DNA of 63,862 nt, filler included, from Lama guanicoe (lineage: Eukaryota), in NCBI GenBank assembly GCA_013239625.1. It is 207 parts of 207 records of this genome, joined end to end, with 100 filler letters (N's around TTAATTAATTAA, not from the genome) between each part and the next. Parts side by side here need not be neighbours in the genome. Positions count along the whole stretch, not along the records: positions 1 to 209 come from PNXV01035407.1; positions 310 to 518 come from PNXV01035408.1; positions 619 to 827 come from PNXV01035409.1; positions 928 to 1,136 come from PNXV01035410.1; positions 1,237 to 1,445 come from PNXV01035411.1; positions 1,546 to 1,754 come from PNXV01035412.1; positions 1,855 to 2,063 come from PNXV01035413.1; positions 2,164 to 2,372 come from PNXV01035414.1; 199 more parts are not named here. One strand, given 5' to 3'. The position numbers were made by a program, and so were the translations under genes. Numbering within the stretch: position 1 is the first letter of the stretch; the number at the start of each line of letters is the position of its first letter. Shown piece after piece: positions 1-11,950 of this stretch. Under the pieces are notes generated by a model. That model searched no databases. It saw only the letters and a list, made by a program, of their open reading frames with translations, and was not told the origin of the DNA.

Positions 1-316
1 AGCTAAACAGAAGCAGAGTAAAGCCACAAGTGGTTTAAGGTCACACGGAATGGAGTCACTGCTCAAATTTAGGCTTACTCCAAGTCCTACCCCCAGCCCC
101 CTGGCACTCCAATCTCCCAAGTGTGCTAGGGAGGTCCCGAGAGGGGCGTCTGAGGTCCGGGAGAGCAGGTCCTGTTAGCCCAGCTCTCGCTTCTGCACAC
201 GGTTCCCTCNNNNNNNNNNNNNNNNNNNNNNNNNNNNNNNNNNNNNNNNNNNNTTAATTAATTAANNNNNNNNNNNNNNNNNNNNNNNNNNNNNNNNNNN
301 NNNNNNNNNATTTTAG

Positions 317-507
317 GCAATTGAAACCAGCCTACAGAAGTGACAGCACTGTATTCTTTTGAAGGACAACAGCCGGGGGACTTGAATTTTCAAGCTAGAG
401 ACAGAATCACAGTTTTATTAAAAACAGACTCACATTTTGATTGGTGGGAAGGAAAGCTTCGAGGTCAAACTGGCATTTTTCCAGCCAACTCTGTTATCAT
501 GAATTAA
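317..507 (+). pseudogene. SH3YL1: SH3YL1-like last coding exon (C-terminal SH3 domain) with in-frame TGA; probable unprocessed pseudogene copy
   Basis: After ttttAG (315-316) it reads (G)N*NQPTEVTALYSFEGQQPGDLNFQARDRITVLLKTDSHFDWWEGKLRGQTGIFPANSVIMN-stop(505-507). This matches the recalled SH3YL1 C-terminus. TGA is at 322-324 and PANY has become PANS. Confidence 0.85.
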
Positions 508-927
508 AGTTCATATGANNNNNNNNNNNNNNNNNNNNNNNNNNNNNNNNNNNNNNNNNNNNTTAATTAATTAANNNNNNNNNNNNNNNNNNNNNNNNNN
601 NNNNNNNNNNNNNNNNNNTTGAAGGCCCTGGAGGGAGAAAAAGTGAAGGTTCCAGTACTTATTTTGTTTCCCACTTACCAGGTATGGTAAGCAAGCCACT
701 TCAGACAAGGCCCAGAGCAACCACATAAATAGGCCAAGGAGCAAGTCATGCAGTCAGGCCTCTGTGGTCCTGAAACCTGTGTCCCCATCGGCTCCATAGT
801 TATCAGTGGAAACTAGGGGGATTTATGNNNNNNNNNNNNNNNNNNNNNNNNNNNNNNNNNNNNNNNNNNNNTTAATTAATTAANNNNNNNNNNNNNNNNN
901 NNNNNNNNNNNNNNNNNNNNNNNNNNN

Positions 928-1110
928 TGTATCACTTACTGACTTACTGGCTGTGTGATCTCTGGTGAGTCATGAGGTCACTTGGTGTCTTGGTTTCTCC
1001 ATTTGTAAAATAACAATACCAACCTCACAGAGGGTGTGGGGACTGAATAAGACAGAGTATAGAAAGCACTTAATGCTGTTGGTGGCAGTGGTAAGCCAGA
1101 CTGACACTTA
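928..1110 (+). mobile_element. MIR SINE fragment
   Basis: acttactggctgtgtgatct...ggtttctccatttgtaaaat...acctcacagagggtgtgggga...aaagcactta, the MIR core and 3' part. Confidence 0.75.
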
Positions 1111-2258
1111 GCTACCAACACTATTCTCACTTGTCANNNNNNNNNNNNNNNNNNNNNNNNNNNNNNNNNNNNNNNNNNNNTTAATTAATTAANNNNNNNN
1201 NNNNNNNNNNNNNNNNNNNNNNNNNNNNNNNNNNNNACTCTGCAACACAGAGCTGGAGATATAAGGAAAGCTGGTATCCTGCTCTTCCCAGGAAGAGACT
1301 GTAGTTCTTGACTGTGAGTTGAGGGAGAGGGAGCCCTGTGTTCTTGAACATCCCCAGAGAGTCGCCATCATTCTGAGTCCAGGATGAGGAGTGGATCATA
1401 ATTCAAGTGCCACTGACCCTTGTTCTTATCAAGATTTTCTTAAGTNNNNNNNNNNNNNNNNNNNNNNNNNNNNNNNNNNNNNNNNNNNNTTAATTAATTA
1501 ANNNNNNNNNNNNNNNNNNNNNNNNNNNNNNNNNNNNNNNNNNNNAGAGATGAGTTATCTGGAAGACCACCATTGCCTTCAAGGAAGCATGTGACCCCCC
1601 AGAGGACACCACCATTTGTGTGAGGGATGACTTCATCAACACATACAGATACCAAGGTATCCCGGAGAGAACATAGTGCCTCTGGCGCTGGGAAACTGAC
1701 ACCTGCCCCTCTTCTCATTTCTAAAAGCAACACTTGGTTCTTAAAGCCAAAGAANNNNNNNNNNNNNNNNNNNNNNNNNNNNNNNNNNNNNNNNNNNNTT
1801 AATTAATTAANNNNNNNNNNNNNNNNNNNNNNNNNNNNNNNNNNNNNNNNNNNNCTCTTGCTTTGGCCATTTCTAAGTAACTTAAATTTAAAACACTATG
1901 TGGCTGTGGCAGATGGGTAGGGGATGGTGGTCCCTGAGCAACAACAATACACTAAGGTGGGAACATATGCACACATTTCCTTGCATTGTCAGCTGAGAAC
2001 ATTTTCCTTCCATGTGTAAGTTCTTAATACCATTCTCTAATTAAAGGAATCAGGACTCTTTGANNNNNNNNNNNNNNNNNNNNNNNNNNNNNNNNNNNNN
2101 NNNNNNNTTAATTAATTAANNNNNNNNNNNNNNNNNNNNNNNNNNNNNNNNNNNNNNNNNNNNTTTGTGGGTCGCTGTGTGCTTGAGATCAGGAATACAA
2201 TAGCAAACAAGACAGATTCGTCTTCAAGGAGTCTGCAAATTAAGAAGCAGTAGTAGAC

Positions 2259-2372
2259 GAACGAATATAACAAAACAGAGATGGACTCACAAATGCAGGG
2301 AACAAAACTAATGGTTACTAGCAGCTAGAGTGAAGGGGGTTGAGAGGTACAAACTACTAGGTAAAAAATGAA
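2259..2372 (+). mobile_element. L1 3' UTR fragment (cetartiodactyl type)
   Basis: aacaaaacagagatggactcacaaatgcagggaacaaaactaatggttacta...gagaggtacaaactacta. Confidence 0.7.
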
Positions 2373-3708
2373 NNNNNNNNNNNNNNNNNNNNNNNNNNNN
2401 NNNNNNNNNNNNNNNNTTAATTAATTAANNNNNNNNNNNNNNNNNNNNNNNNNNNNNNNNNNNNNNNNNNNNTATTTGTTTATATTGTTATAATTTATAT
2501 TATATAATGTATTTATATATACTTTCTTATAATTATACTTTTGTTTTATAATAAAGTAAAAAATAAAATACAAATAAATAAAAATTAAAAATAATAGAAA
2601 TAAAGAAATAATAAATTAGGGTTTTTTTCCCAGTATATCTTAGAATAAGCAAGCCAGTCACTGGCATTGGTTTCCCAGCACNNNNNNNNNNNNNNNNNNN
2701 NNNNNNNNNNNNNNNNNNNNNNNNNTTAATTAATTAANNNNNNNNNNNNNNNNNNNNNNNNNNNNNNNNNNNNNNNNNNNNGTTTCACAGATGGAGAAAC
2801 AGCGCTGGGTTCAGAGTGGACCTGACGGTGCGGGCAGGCAGGTTCCACAGTAACCACCCTCCCCGGGAGGGTCTGCCATAGGCATCTGGCCAGGCGCTCT
2901 GGGGTGGCACGGAGCGGCTGATGTCAAAGTGGGACCAAACAGCATTAAACACTGGTCAGAAAAGAGGGGTGAGGGGCCAGAGCCCACAGCNNNNNNNNNN
3001 NNNNNNNNNNNNNNNNNNNNNNNNNNNNNNNNNNTTAATTAATTAANNNNNNNNNNNNNNNNNNNNNNNNNNNNNNNNNNNNNNNNNNNNAAAGCTATGA
3101 TTTCAGGTGAAGTCCAGACACCTGTAGTTTTCCACAAAACAGCTCTGGAATGTAGATTTCAACTCCAAGTTTACTAAGCTGGAAGCAAAGGAACTGGGCT
3201 CTTACCCTTCCCACCAGGCAGCCTGTTGGCTCCTGGTAGCCCTGGGGTCGGGGTGTGAAAACTCGTCTCCTGGTTGTAGTCATAGATCTCACTTACCTTN
3301 NNNNNNNNNNNNNNNNNNNNNNNNNNNNNNNNNNNNNNNNNNNTTAATTAATTAANNNNNNNNNNNNNNNNNNNNNNNNNNNNNNNNNNNNNNNNNNNNT
3401 GCCAGGGGCCCTCAGGGCGAGGCCGGCCTTCAGCACGTGAGCCGGCCGTTCCACTTCTCCCTGTCCGGAGAGCGCAGATTCTCAGGTGTTGGAACTGGAC
3501 ATACGGTAGCTTGGCTGTGAGAAGGGCACTGCCCATGGCATCGTGTGTTCCTTGTTGAGCCAAGTGCTGATCTGTCGGGTAACCCATTGCGCGGACGGTA
3601 GTTCCCCGNNNNNNNNNNNNNNNNNNNNNNNNNNNNNNNNNNNNNNNNNNNNTTAATTAATTAANNNNNNNNNNNNNNNNNNNNNNNNNNNNNNNNNNNN
3701 NNNNNNNN

Positions 3709-3746
<38 letters not shown>

Positions 3747-3790
3747 CCTAATTACCTTCCCCCCACACACAAAAAAAAATTTAAAAAATG
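3709..3790 (+). mobile_element. 3' tail of a Vic-1-type camelid SINE with (TAA)n expansion
   Basis: (taa)n followed by aaataaacctaattaccttcccccc, the same tail motif as the adjacent copy. Confidence 0.7.
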
Positions 3791-3801
3791 GTAAATGCAG
3801 T

Positions 3802-3917
3802 GGGGAGCGTATATTGCTCAGTGGTAGAGCGCATTCATAGCATGTAAGAAATCCTGGGTTCAATCGTCAGTACCTCCGTTAAAAAAATAATAATAACAAA
3901 TAAACCTAATTACCCCC
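3802..3917 (+). mobile_element. Vic-1-type tRNA-derived SINE (camelid-specific)
   Basis: ggggagcgtatattgctcagtggtagagcgc (A box)...cctgggttcaatc (B box)...agtacctcc, then A-rich tract and taaacctaattaccccc. Confidence 0.85.
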
Positions 3918-4943
3918 NNNNNNNNNNNNNNNNNNNNNNNNNNNNNNNNNNNNNNNNNNNNTTAATTAATTAANNNNNNNNNNNNNNNNNNNNNNNNNNN
4001 NNNNNNNNNNNNNNNNNGCACAGGTGTTCCCAGGTTACGGATGTAGTTTAAACACCTCCAAAAACCGTAGAGAGGTCACCGCAAATACTTGGTTTTGGAG
4101 CCCAAACCACACTGACCCCGCACTCACGCCTTGGCTTTCCATCAGGAAAGACAAGCAAATGGATTCAATTAGAACTAAGGCGCTGCTGTCAGTTGGAGGA
4201 ACTTCCCTGCACTCAGAATTCCAGANNNNNNNNNNNNNNNNNNNNNNNNNNNNNNNNNNNNNNNNNNNNTTAATTAATTAANNNNNNNNNNNNNNNNNNN
4301 NNNNNNNNNNNNNNNNNNNNNNNNNTCCATCTGCATGGCTGCTGGTGAACAGCCGATTCTCCCTCCAGCCGCCCGGCTGTGTGAGCTGACACGTGCCCCA
4401 GTGGGAGCTGAGGGGGTGGGACTGAGACCTGGCCAGGACCCGGCTGTCACGGGGCCGCGTGTGGCCTGGGGACTGCACAGCGGGCAACCTGGCCCCAGTG
4501 CTTTCCCTCGAACTGACGCTCTTAGGACGTTCATNNNNNNNNNNNNNNNNNNNNNNNNNNNNNNNNNNNNNNNNNNNNTTAATTAATTAANNNNNNNNNN
4601 NNNNNNNNNNNNNNNNNNNNNNNNNNNNNNNNNNAGTTGAAAGGCTGTTTAAAAAAAAATAGAAAATAAATATGTGCCAGGACATGAGGGACTGAAGGAT
4701 AATATGAAATTAGGATTTTTTTGCTTGTTTGTTTTGCTTTTTGTATTTTTTTTAAAACTGAAGTAGAACAAGATCATATTTTTGTGTTAATGGATATAAT
4801 CCAGGGAAAAGGGGAATTGATAAAATGCAGAAGATACAGTATANNNNNNNNNNNNNNNNNNNNNNNNNNNNNNNNNNNNNNNNNNNNTTAATTAATTAAN
4901 NNNNNNNNNNNNNNNNNNNNNNNNNNNNNNNNNNNNNNNNNNN

Positions 4944-5152
4944 TGAAGCTAGAACACCATACACAAAAATAAACTCAGAATGAATCAAAGACATATATAT
5001 AAGAAAAGATACAATAAACTTCCTAGTGGAAAATATAGGCAAAAGTGTATCTGACATAGGTCTCATAAATTTTCTCGTAGAAGAAATAAAAGCAAGAATA
5101 AAGAAATGAGACCTAATGAAACTTACAAGCTTCTGCACAGTAAAGAAACCGG
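4944..5152 (+). mobile_element. L1 ORF2 fragment, decayed
   Basis: PYTKINSE*IKDIYIRKDTINFLVENIGK resembles L1 ORF2 YTKINSKWIKDLN...KLLEENIG. Confidence 0.85.
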
Positions 5153-6488
5153 NNNNNNNNNNNNNNNNNNNNNNNNNNNNNNNNNNNNNNNNNNNNTTAA
5201 TTAATTAANNNNNNNNNNNNNNNNNNNNNNNNNNNNNNNNNNNNNNNNNNNNAGACATATGGCTGCGTCTATAGCTACTTACTTCTTAAAAGAGACTGAA
5301 GTTAGTCTCTGCTTCCCCCGTTTATCAAATACGCAGCACAATGTGGTCTTATATGACGACTTTATTTATTTTCTTTCTTTCTTCCACCCTCCTTCCCTCC
5401 TTCCCATCCTTCCTTCTTTCCTACCTTCCTTTCTTTTCCTTTTTTTTTTTTTTTAGATTCANNNNNNNNNNNNNNNNNNNNNNNNNNNNNNNNNNNNNNN
5501 NNNNNTTAATTAATTAANNNNNNNNNNNNNNNNNNNNNNNNNNNNNNNNNNNNNNNNNNNNTTTTTTTTTTAATGTTCAGTGAAAAATTGACAACTAATA
5601 GAGACACACTGGGGTAAAAGCATGCTAAACTGTTAATTTCTACACATCGGGGGAAAAAACTAAGGATTACTTTTTAATTTTCCTGACAAGTATTTTGGTT
5701 CTCAAGAAGTATTGGTATTTTATTACCCAACATATAAACCTGTCAATTTATTTTATGAATTGCTCATTTANNNNNNNNNNNNNNNNNNNNNNNNNNNNNN
5801 NNNNNNNNNNNNNNTTAATTAATTAANNNNNNNNNNNNNNNNNNNNNNNNNNNNNNNNNNNNNNNNNNNNGGGCCGGGGTTCCCAACAACTCATAGATGC
5901 GGTCAAGAGCATTTTGGCCCAGCCCTCTTCCATGTACGTTTCCAAGTCTTATCTCGAACCTGCTAATTGATTTATTTACTATTATTGTGTCCATAGTTAA
6001 ACAGGAACTTAAGTAAAAGAATCTTTGGCCAATTATGACCGGGAAAAGCAGGCATTTATCACTCAAGTGGCTTGTTTATNNNNNNNNNNNNNNNNNNNNN
6101 NNNNNNNNNNNNNNNNNNNNNNNTTAATTAATTAANNNNNNNNNNNNNNNNNNNNNNNNNNNNNNNNNNNNNNNNNNNNCCTTGACCGACAGAACTGAGT
6201 TAAGCGGGCACAAAGAGTCCCGACGACAGCCAGCCTAAGACGCAAGCTGGCAGCTGGGTCCGGGCAGGCTGCCCAAGCCGGGCGGAGGACTGGGGCGGCT
6301 GCACTGATGCAGCCCTGGGGGATGGCAGGGGGCTGCGCACTGTGGCTGGGAGGGGATACGGAACAGAACAAACTTGGTCCTGTATAAANNNNNNNNNNNN
6401 NNNNNNNNNNNNNNNNNNNNNNNNNNNNNNNNTTAATTAATTAANNNNNNNNNNNNNNNNNNNNNNNNNNNNNNNNNNNNNNNNNNNN

Positions 6489-6595
6489 ACACAGTGAACC
6501 GCAACTGGTACTCAGATGCCGACCTGTCTGCTGATGCGAAGACGCAGGGCTGCCAGGACATCGCCACGCAGCTCATCAACAACATGGACATTGAC
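6489..6595 (+). CDS. ALPI: Intestinal-type alkaline phosphatase internal exon (3' part), followed by intron
   Basis: [35 protein letters not shown], then a GT donor at 6596 (gtgcga) at the conserved phase-0 position. The exact paralogue within the ALPI/ALPP cluster cannot be resolved. Confidence 0.88.
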
Positions 6596-6797
6596 GTGCG
6601 ACAGGGCGGGCAAGGGGCGGGGCTGGGCAGAGGGGGAGGGACCCACACCCACCACAGTGCCAGGCAACCCACCGCCCTGGGGCCTGCCAGGGTCTCTNNN
6701 NNNNNNNNNNNNNNNNNNNNNNNNNNNNNNNNNNNNNNNNNTTAATTAATTAANNNNNNNNNNNNNNNNNNNNNNNNNNNNNNNNNNNNNNNNNNNN

Positions 6798-7006
6798 CGG
6801 GGACGGGCCTGGCGCCGGCGGCGGCGGAGGGGCGCCGCAAGCGGGCAATGTGAGCGCGGCGCTCTCGGCAGGTGAGGCGCGCCGGCTGGGGGTGGCGGCC
6901 GGTGGACAAGGTGCTGGGGAAGCCTGCGGGGCCGGGGGCAGTCCCCGGCCGCTGTCCGGTCCCCTATGGGCGCGGCGGGGCGGGAGCCGCGGCGCCTGGT
7001 CAGTCC
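6798..7006 (+). promoter_or_regulatory. CpG-island fragment with candidate 5' splice site (CAG|GTGAGG, GT at 6872)
   Basis: Very GC- and CpG-rich with a good donor consensus; gene not identified. Confidence 0.5.
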
Positions 7007-7415
7007 NNNNNNNNNNNNNNNNNNNNNNNNNNNNNNNNNNNNNNNNNNNNTTAATTAATTAANNNNNNNNNNNNNNNNNNNNNNNNNNNNNNNNNNNNNN
7101 NNNNNNCTTGAATGTCCTAGCTGGACAGCACCAGCTCTTCCCCTTGAGCTCTTATTCTGTGCCTGAAAAAATTCTGAGCCCCTCCTACTGTCGGACTCTT
7201 CATGAATTGATGGCACTGCGTCTAAGAAAGCAACTTCTCTTATAAGGGTGCTTTTGGGGAATTTTACCCAAATCCAGTTTCTTAAACATTTGTCCATAAT
7301 TTTAGATAATTTTGTNNNNNNNNNNNNNNNNNNNNNNNNNNNNNNNNNNNNNNNNNNNNTTAATTAATTAANNNNNNNNNNNNNNNNNNNNNNNNNNNNN
7401 NNNNNNNNNNNNNNN

Positions 7416-7590
7416 CAGCAAACCACAGCAGGCTGGGGAAGACGAGGAAGGAGGCCCCTACGGGTTCCAGAGGGAGCGTGGCCCTGATGACGCCTTGATC
7501 GTGGACTTCCAGCCACTAGCACTGAGAAAAAATAAGTTCTATTTCTTTAACCCACCCAGTTTACGGTGCCTCGTTACAGCAGCCCCAGGA
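7416..7590 (+). mobile_element. MaLR LTR (MLT1B/C-like) 3' part
   Basis: ccagagggagcgtggccctgatgacgccttgatcgtggacttccagcc...taagttctatttctttaacccacccagtttacggtgcctcgttacagcagcccca. Confidence 0.85.
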
Positions 7591-8651
7591 GGTGTCCCCA
7601 CTGCCACCCCAGGGCCTAGGAACTNNNNNNNNNNNNNNNNNNNNNNNNNNNNNNNNNNNNNNNNNNNNTTAATTAATTAANNNNNNNNNNNNNNNNNNNN
7701 NNNNNNNNNNNNNNNNNNNNNNNNTCTTATTTTGTAGTTGGCTTTATTCCGTTGATAACTATGTAAGTTTAAACACCTAACCTCTTAGAAACGGTAAGTA
7801 GTACACTTATGGAAACTGAAAAAAAGTGCAGTATAATACTGTATATACGTATCTACGTGCAATAGAATGTGTATATAAGGTCAAACTGTCGTAATTCCAC
7901 CTAATAAAACTGGAAAAAGAGGGGGGAAAAAAANNNNNNNNNNNNNNNNNNNNNNNNNNNNNNNNNNNNNNNNNNNNTTAATTAATTAANNNNNNNNNNN
8001 NNNNNNNNNNNNNNNNNNNNNNNNNNNNNNNNNAGGGGACAGTGTCTGAGCAGAGGGGACCATTTGAGTCCAGCCTGAGAGGCCAGAGTCCCCAGGGCGT
8101 CCCGGGTCGGGGCGGGGCTGAGGCCTGAGAGGTCAGCCACGAACTAATCACCGAGCCGCTCAGTCTCTTCATCTGCAACAGGGGGATGGTGCTTCACTTC
8201 CCAGAGACAAGGAACCCACATCGACTCCCCAGAAACAAGAGGNNNNNNNNNNNNNNNNNNNNNNNNNNNNNNNNNNNNNNNNNNNNTTAATTAATTAANN
8301 NNNNNNNNNNNNNNNNNNNNNNNNNNNNNNNNNNNNNNNNNNGGGTGGTGGGGGGTGATGGGCAGGACTGCGGGCACGTGACTTCCTGACACTGGAGCCA
8401 CATCCCCAGGCAGGTGTCCACTCATCAGTGGAAACAGAGGGCTAAAACTTGAGAATAAGACTAAGGGAGACAAAATATGAGAGTGCCCCTCTCAAAGATA
8501 GGAAAATTAGATTTTGCAGAAAGTGGAGCAGCATGAGGAACGGAGCAAGAGNNNNNNNNNNNNNNNNNNNNNNNNNNNNNNNNNNNNNNNNNNNNTTAAT
8601 TAATTAANNNNNNNNNNNNNNNNNNNNNNNNNNNNNNNNNNNNNNNNNNNN

Positions 8652-8860
8652 CTTTTTATTTCTTTTTCTGATCTAATTGCTATGGCTAGTATGTCCAATA
8701 ATATATTGAATAGAAATGGTGAGAGTGGGCATCTTTGTCTTGTTCCAGATTTTAGAAGAAAGGCTTTCAGCTTTTCACCATTGAGCATCATATAGGTTTG
8801 TCATAAAAAGCTTTTATTATGTTGAGCTATGTTCCCTCTATACCCACTTTGGTTAGAGTT
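8652..8860 (-). mobile_element. L1 ORF2 reverse-transcriptase fragment
   Basis: [44 protein letters not shown] (GTRQGCPLSP motif). Confidence 0.93.
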
Positions 8861-11741
8861 NNNNNNNNNNNNNNNNNNNNNNNNNNNNNNNNNNNNNNNN
8901 NNNNTTAATTAATTAANNNNNNNNNNNNNNNNNNNNNNNNNNNNNNNNNNNNNNNNNNNNGGGAGGGGGGAGGGCAGAGGGACCATGAACGCAGTGCAGG
9001 GATGGAAGAAGAGAAGATGTCAGGGAAGCTTGGAATAAACGAGTCTAGGGGGGCAGTCAGCTCAGAGAAACGCTCAGGGTGGACTGAGGCCCTGCCGGGC
9101 CGGTTCCCAGGGAGAACTCATGGGCATTGGGCGCATCAGGGTCTGATGGGAATCTGCGTATTGAGAAAANNNNNNNNNNNNNNNNNNNNNNNNNNNNNNN
9201 NNNNNNNNNNNNNTTAATTAATTAANNNNNNNNNNNNNNNNNNNNNNNNNNNNNNNNNNNNNNNNNNNNCCCACTCCCCATCCAGACCTGGGGGAGTCTG
9301 CCTCTGTGCCTTTCTCCCGCTAGATCCTCTGTGTGGAGCCCCTTCCCCAGCTCTGGAGAGCTGACCTTGCTTCTGGTACCAGCTGAGGGCAAGCCTGCCC
9401 CAGGAAGCACCCCTGATTTCCCTTTCACGGGTACCTAGGTGGTCCTCTCTCTTTCACCCTTTGTTATACTTACAAATGNNNNNNNNNNNNNNNNNNNNNN
9501 NNNNNNNNNNNNNNNNNNNNNNTTAATTAATTAANNNNNNNNNNNNNNNNNNNNNNNNNNNNNNNNNNNNNNNNNNNNACTGGTGGGAAGGTGAAACAGC
9601 CTGGAAACCATGGGAACCATGTACATTAAAAGGAAAACCTAGAAGGATAACTTTGGGCCACCTAGAATGCAGCATTTGAGATTGTTTCCTCAGTCTTTTC
9701 CTTTTTGGTCAACCATTCTTTTACAACATACAGAAGTAGGCTTTTAAGTCAAACAGCCTGGCATTTGACTCTACCAGTTCTTCATGANNNNNNNNNNNNN
9801 NNNNNNNNNNNNNNNNNNNNNNNNNNNNNNNTTAATTAATTAANNNNNNNNNNNNNNNNNNNNNNNNNNNNNNNNNNNNNNNNNNNNCTATAGCCCAGGG
9901 CAGATAGGATCCTTCCATTATGGTCCCTCAGAGAACTTGCTTCACAAAGACAAACAAGGAGATGGGATTTGGCTCAGAGCAGGGACAAGGCTGTCCCTCT
10001 GTCTTCCCACATGCGGAGCGCTGACCAGGGCGGAACGCGCAGCCACACTGAGCAGCAGAGCTACCGGCGGTGCAGGTAGAGGGAGAGCGGCCCCCCNNNN
10101 NNNNNNNNNNNNNNNNNNNNNNNNNNNNNNNNNNNNNNNNTTAATTAATTAANNNNNNNNNNNNNNNNNNNNNNNNNNNNNNNNNNNNNNNNNNNNACTA
10201 TTATTGTTATCTGTGATGTCAAGGTCATCGTTGGAGACACTAGACGGACGATCTTGGGGCTTATAGAACCTGCTTTACCCTTCCCCCTAGCTCTTCATTC
10301 TCTGCTCAGAAGTAGAGGTCCCAGGCTAGTAAACGCTACTTGAAAATCCCAGGGGCCTCTTCCCCGGAGCGTGGCTGAAAGGACAGGGCTGGGAGACAGG
10401 AGCTTNNNNNNNNNNNNNNNNNNNNNNNNNNNNNNNNNNNNNNNNNNNNTTAATTAATTAANNNNNNNNNNNNNNNNNNNNNNNNNNNNNNNNNNNNNNN
10501 NNNNNTCTGAAAATTTTTACAAAACATTAAAGAAAACTTTTCTGTTGAAGAGTTGTAAGTGTAGAGGGAAGTGAAAATGTAAAAAAAAATAATATTCAAC
10601 ATACTGTAATTTAAAACATTAAAAACACTGAAAACTAAAATGTTTGTTTCCTGTAAGAAAAAAGTCATATTCAGTATATTGAACAGTGCTTATCCTCTTC
10701 TTATTGTCATATAANNNNNNNNNNNNNNNNNNNNNNNNNNNNNNNNNNNNNNNNNNNNTTAATTAATTAANNNNNNNNNNNNNNNNNNNNNNNNNNNNNN
10801 NNNNNNNNNNNNNNGGTGGGACCCACAAGTGGGGAAACTGAGGCCCAGAGAGTCCCACCTGCCTGGGATCACACGGTGCTGCTCCTGGGGGAGCTGAGTG
10901 AGAGCCCCAGGGACGCCTCCACCTGCTGATCTGTGGGGCCCAGTCTTCCAGCTGGGCGCGGCCCTCCGGGGAAGCTGCTCCTCCAGGGGGAAGTCAGAGT
11001 CAGGAGAGGAGTCACCAGCCAGGNNNNNNNNNNNNNNNNNNNNNNNNNNNNNNNNNNNNNNNNNNNNTTAATTAATTAANNNNNNNNNNNNNNNNNNNNN
11101 NNNNNNNNNNNNNNNNNNNNNNNGGCTAGTTATGAAACATCCTGAATTTCACACCTAAACCATGGTCTATTTCCAGTCCCACTTTTGTTTAAGTGATGGA
11201 AATATTTGTATATCCAAGGACTGGCTTGAAGTTCACCAGTTGAGTCAACAAGAGGACAGCCTCCTCCCATTCCAAGTGCACTAACTGGCCTCCTTCATGG
11301 GGAATGAAGAACCCAGAGATGCTCCATTACTCNNNNNNNNNNNNNNNNNNNNNNNNNNNNNNNNNNNNNNNNNNNNTTAATTAATTAANNNNNNNNNNNN
11401 NNNNNNNNNNNNNNNNNNNNNNNNNNNNNNNNCACAGTAATTGTGTTTGTGTGCTCTGATCTGCCTGGGGACTCCCTGAAAGATTGACGACAAGGAGCTT
11501 GACTTTGTTTTGCCTAAAAGGGAACTCTTTTAGGGAGGAAAAGCAACTTTAGGGGGGAAGTTCTTCAAAACAATTCAAAGGCAATTCTCTGCCACCTGGG
11601 GAAAGAGATAAAAGTTGGAACAAATAAAAGGAAGGCTGAAANNNNNNNNNNNNNNNNNNNNNNNNNNNNNNNNNNNNNNNNNNNNTTAATTAATTAANNN
11701 NNNNNNNNNNNNNNNNNNNNNNNNNNNNNNNNNNNNNNNNN

Positions 11742-11950
11742 CTTTTGATTAATCCATCAAATCTGAAAAAGCGCCTTAGTGTGTGGAGTATTCTTGGTTG
11801 TAGTATGTTCCCTTTCATCACTTTAAATATATCGTGCCATTGCTTTCTGGCCTGTAGAGTTTCTGCTGAGCAACCAGCTGATATTCTTATGGAAGTCCCT
11901 CTGTATGTTATTTGCTGCTTTTCCCGTGTTGCTTTTAATTTTATCTCTTA
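11742..11950 (-). mobile_element. L1 ORF1 fragment (copy A of near-identical pair)
   Basis: Minus strand reads LKATREKQQITYRGTSIRISAGCSAETLQARKQWHDIFKVMKGNILQPRI. Confidence 0.9.

Noticed and set aside
1546..1660. Protein-like frame VIWKTTIAFKEACDPPEDTTICVRDDFINTYRYQ before AAG|GTATCC
   Set aside because: Upstream in-frame stop, weak donor and no recognisable family.
3802..3876. tRNA gene
   Set aside because: The tRNA-like head has a degenerate cloverleaf and continues into the SINE-specific tail, so it is a SINE.
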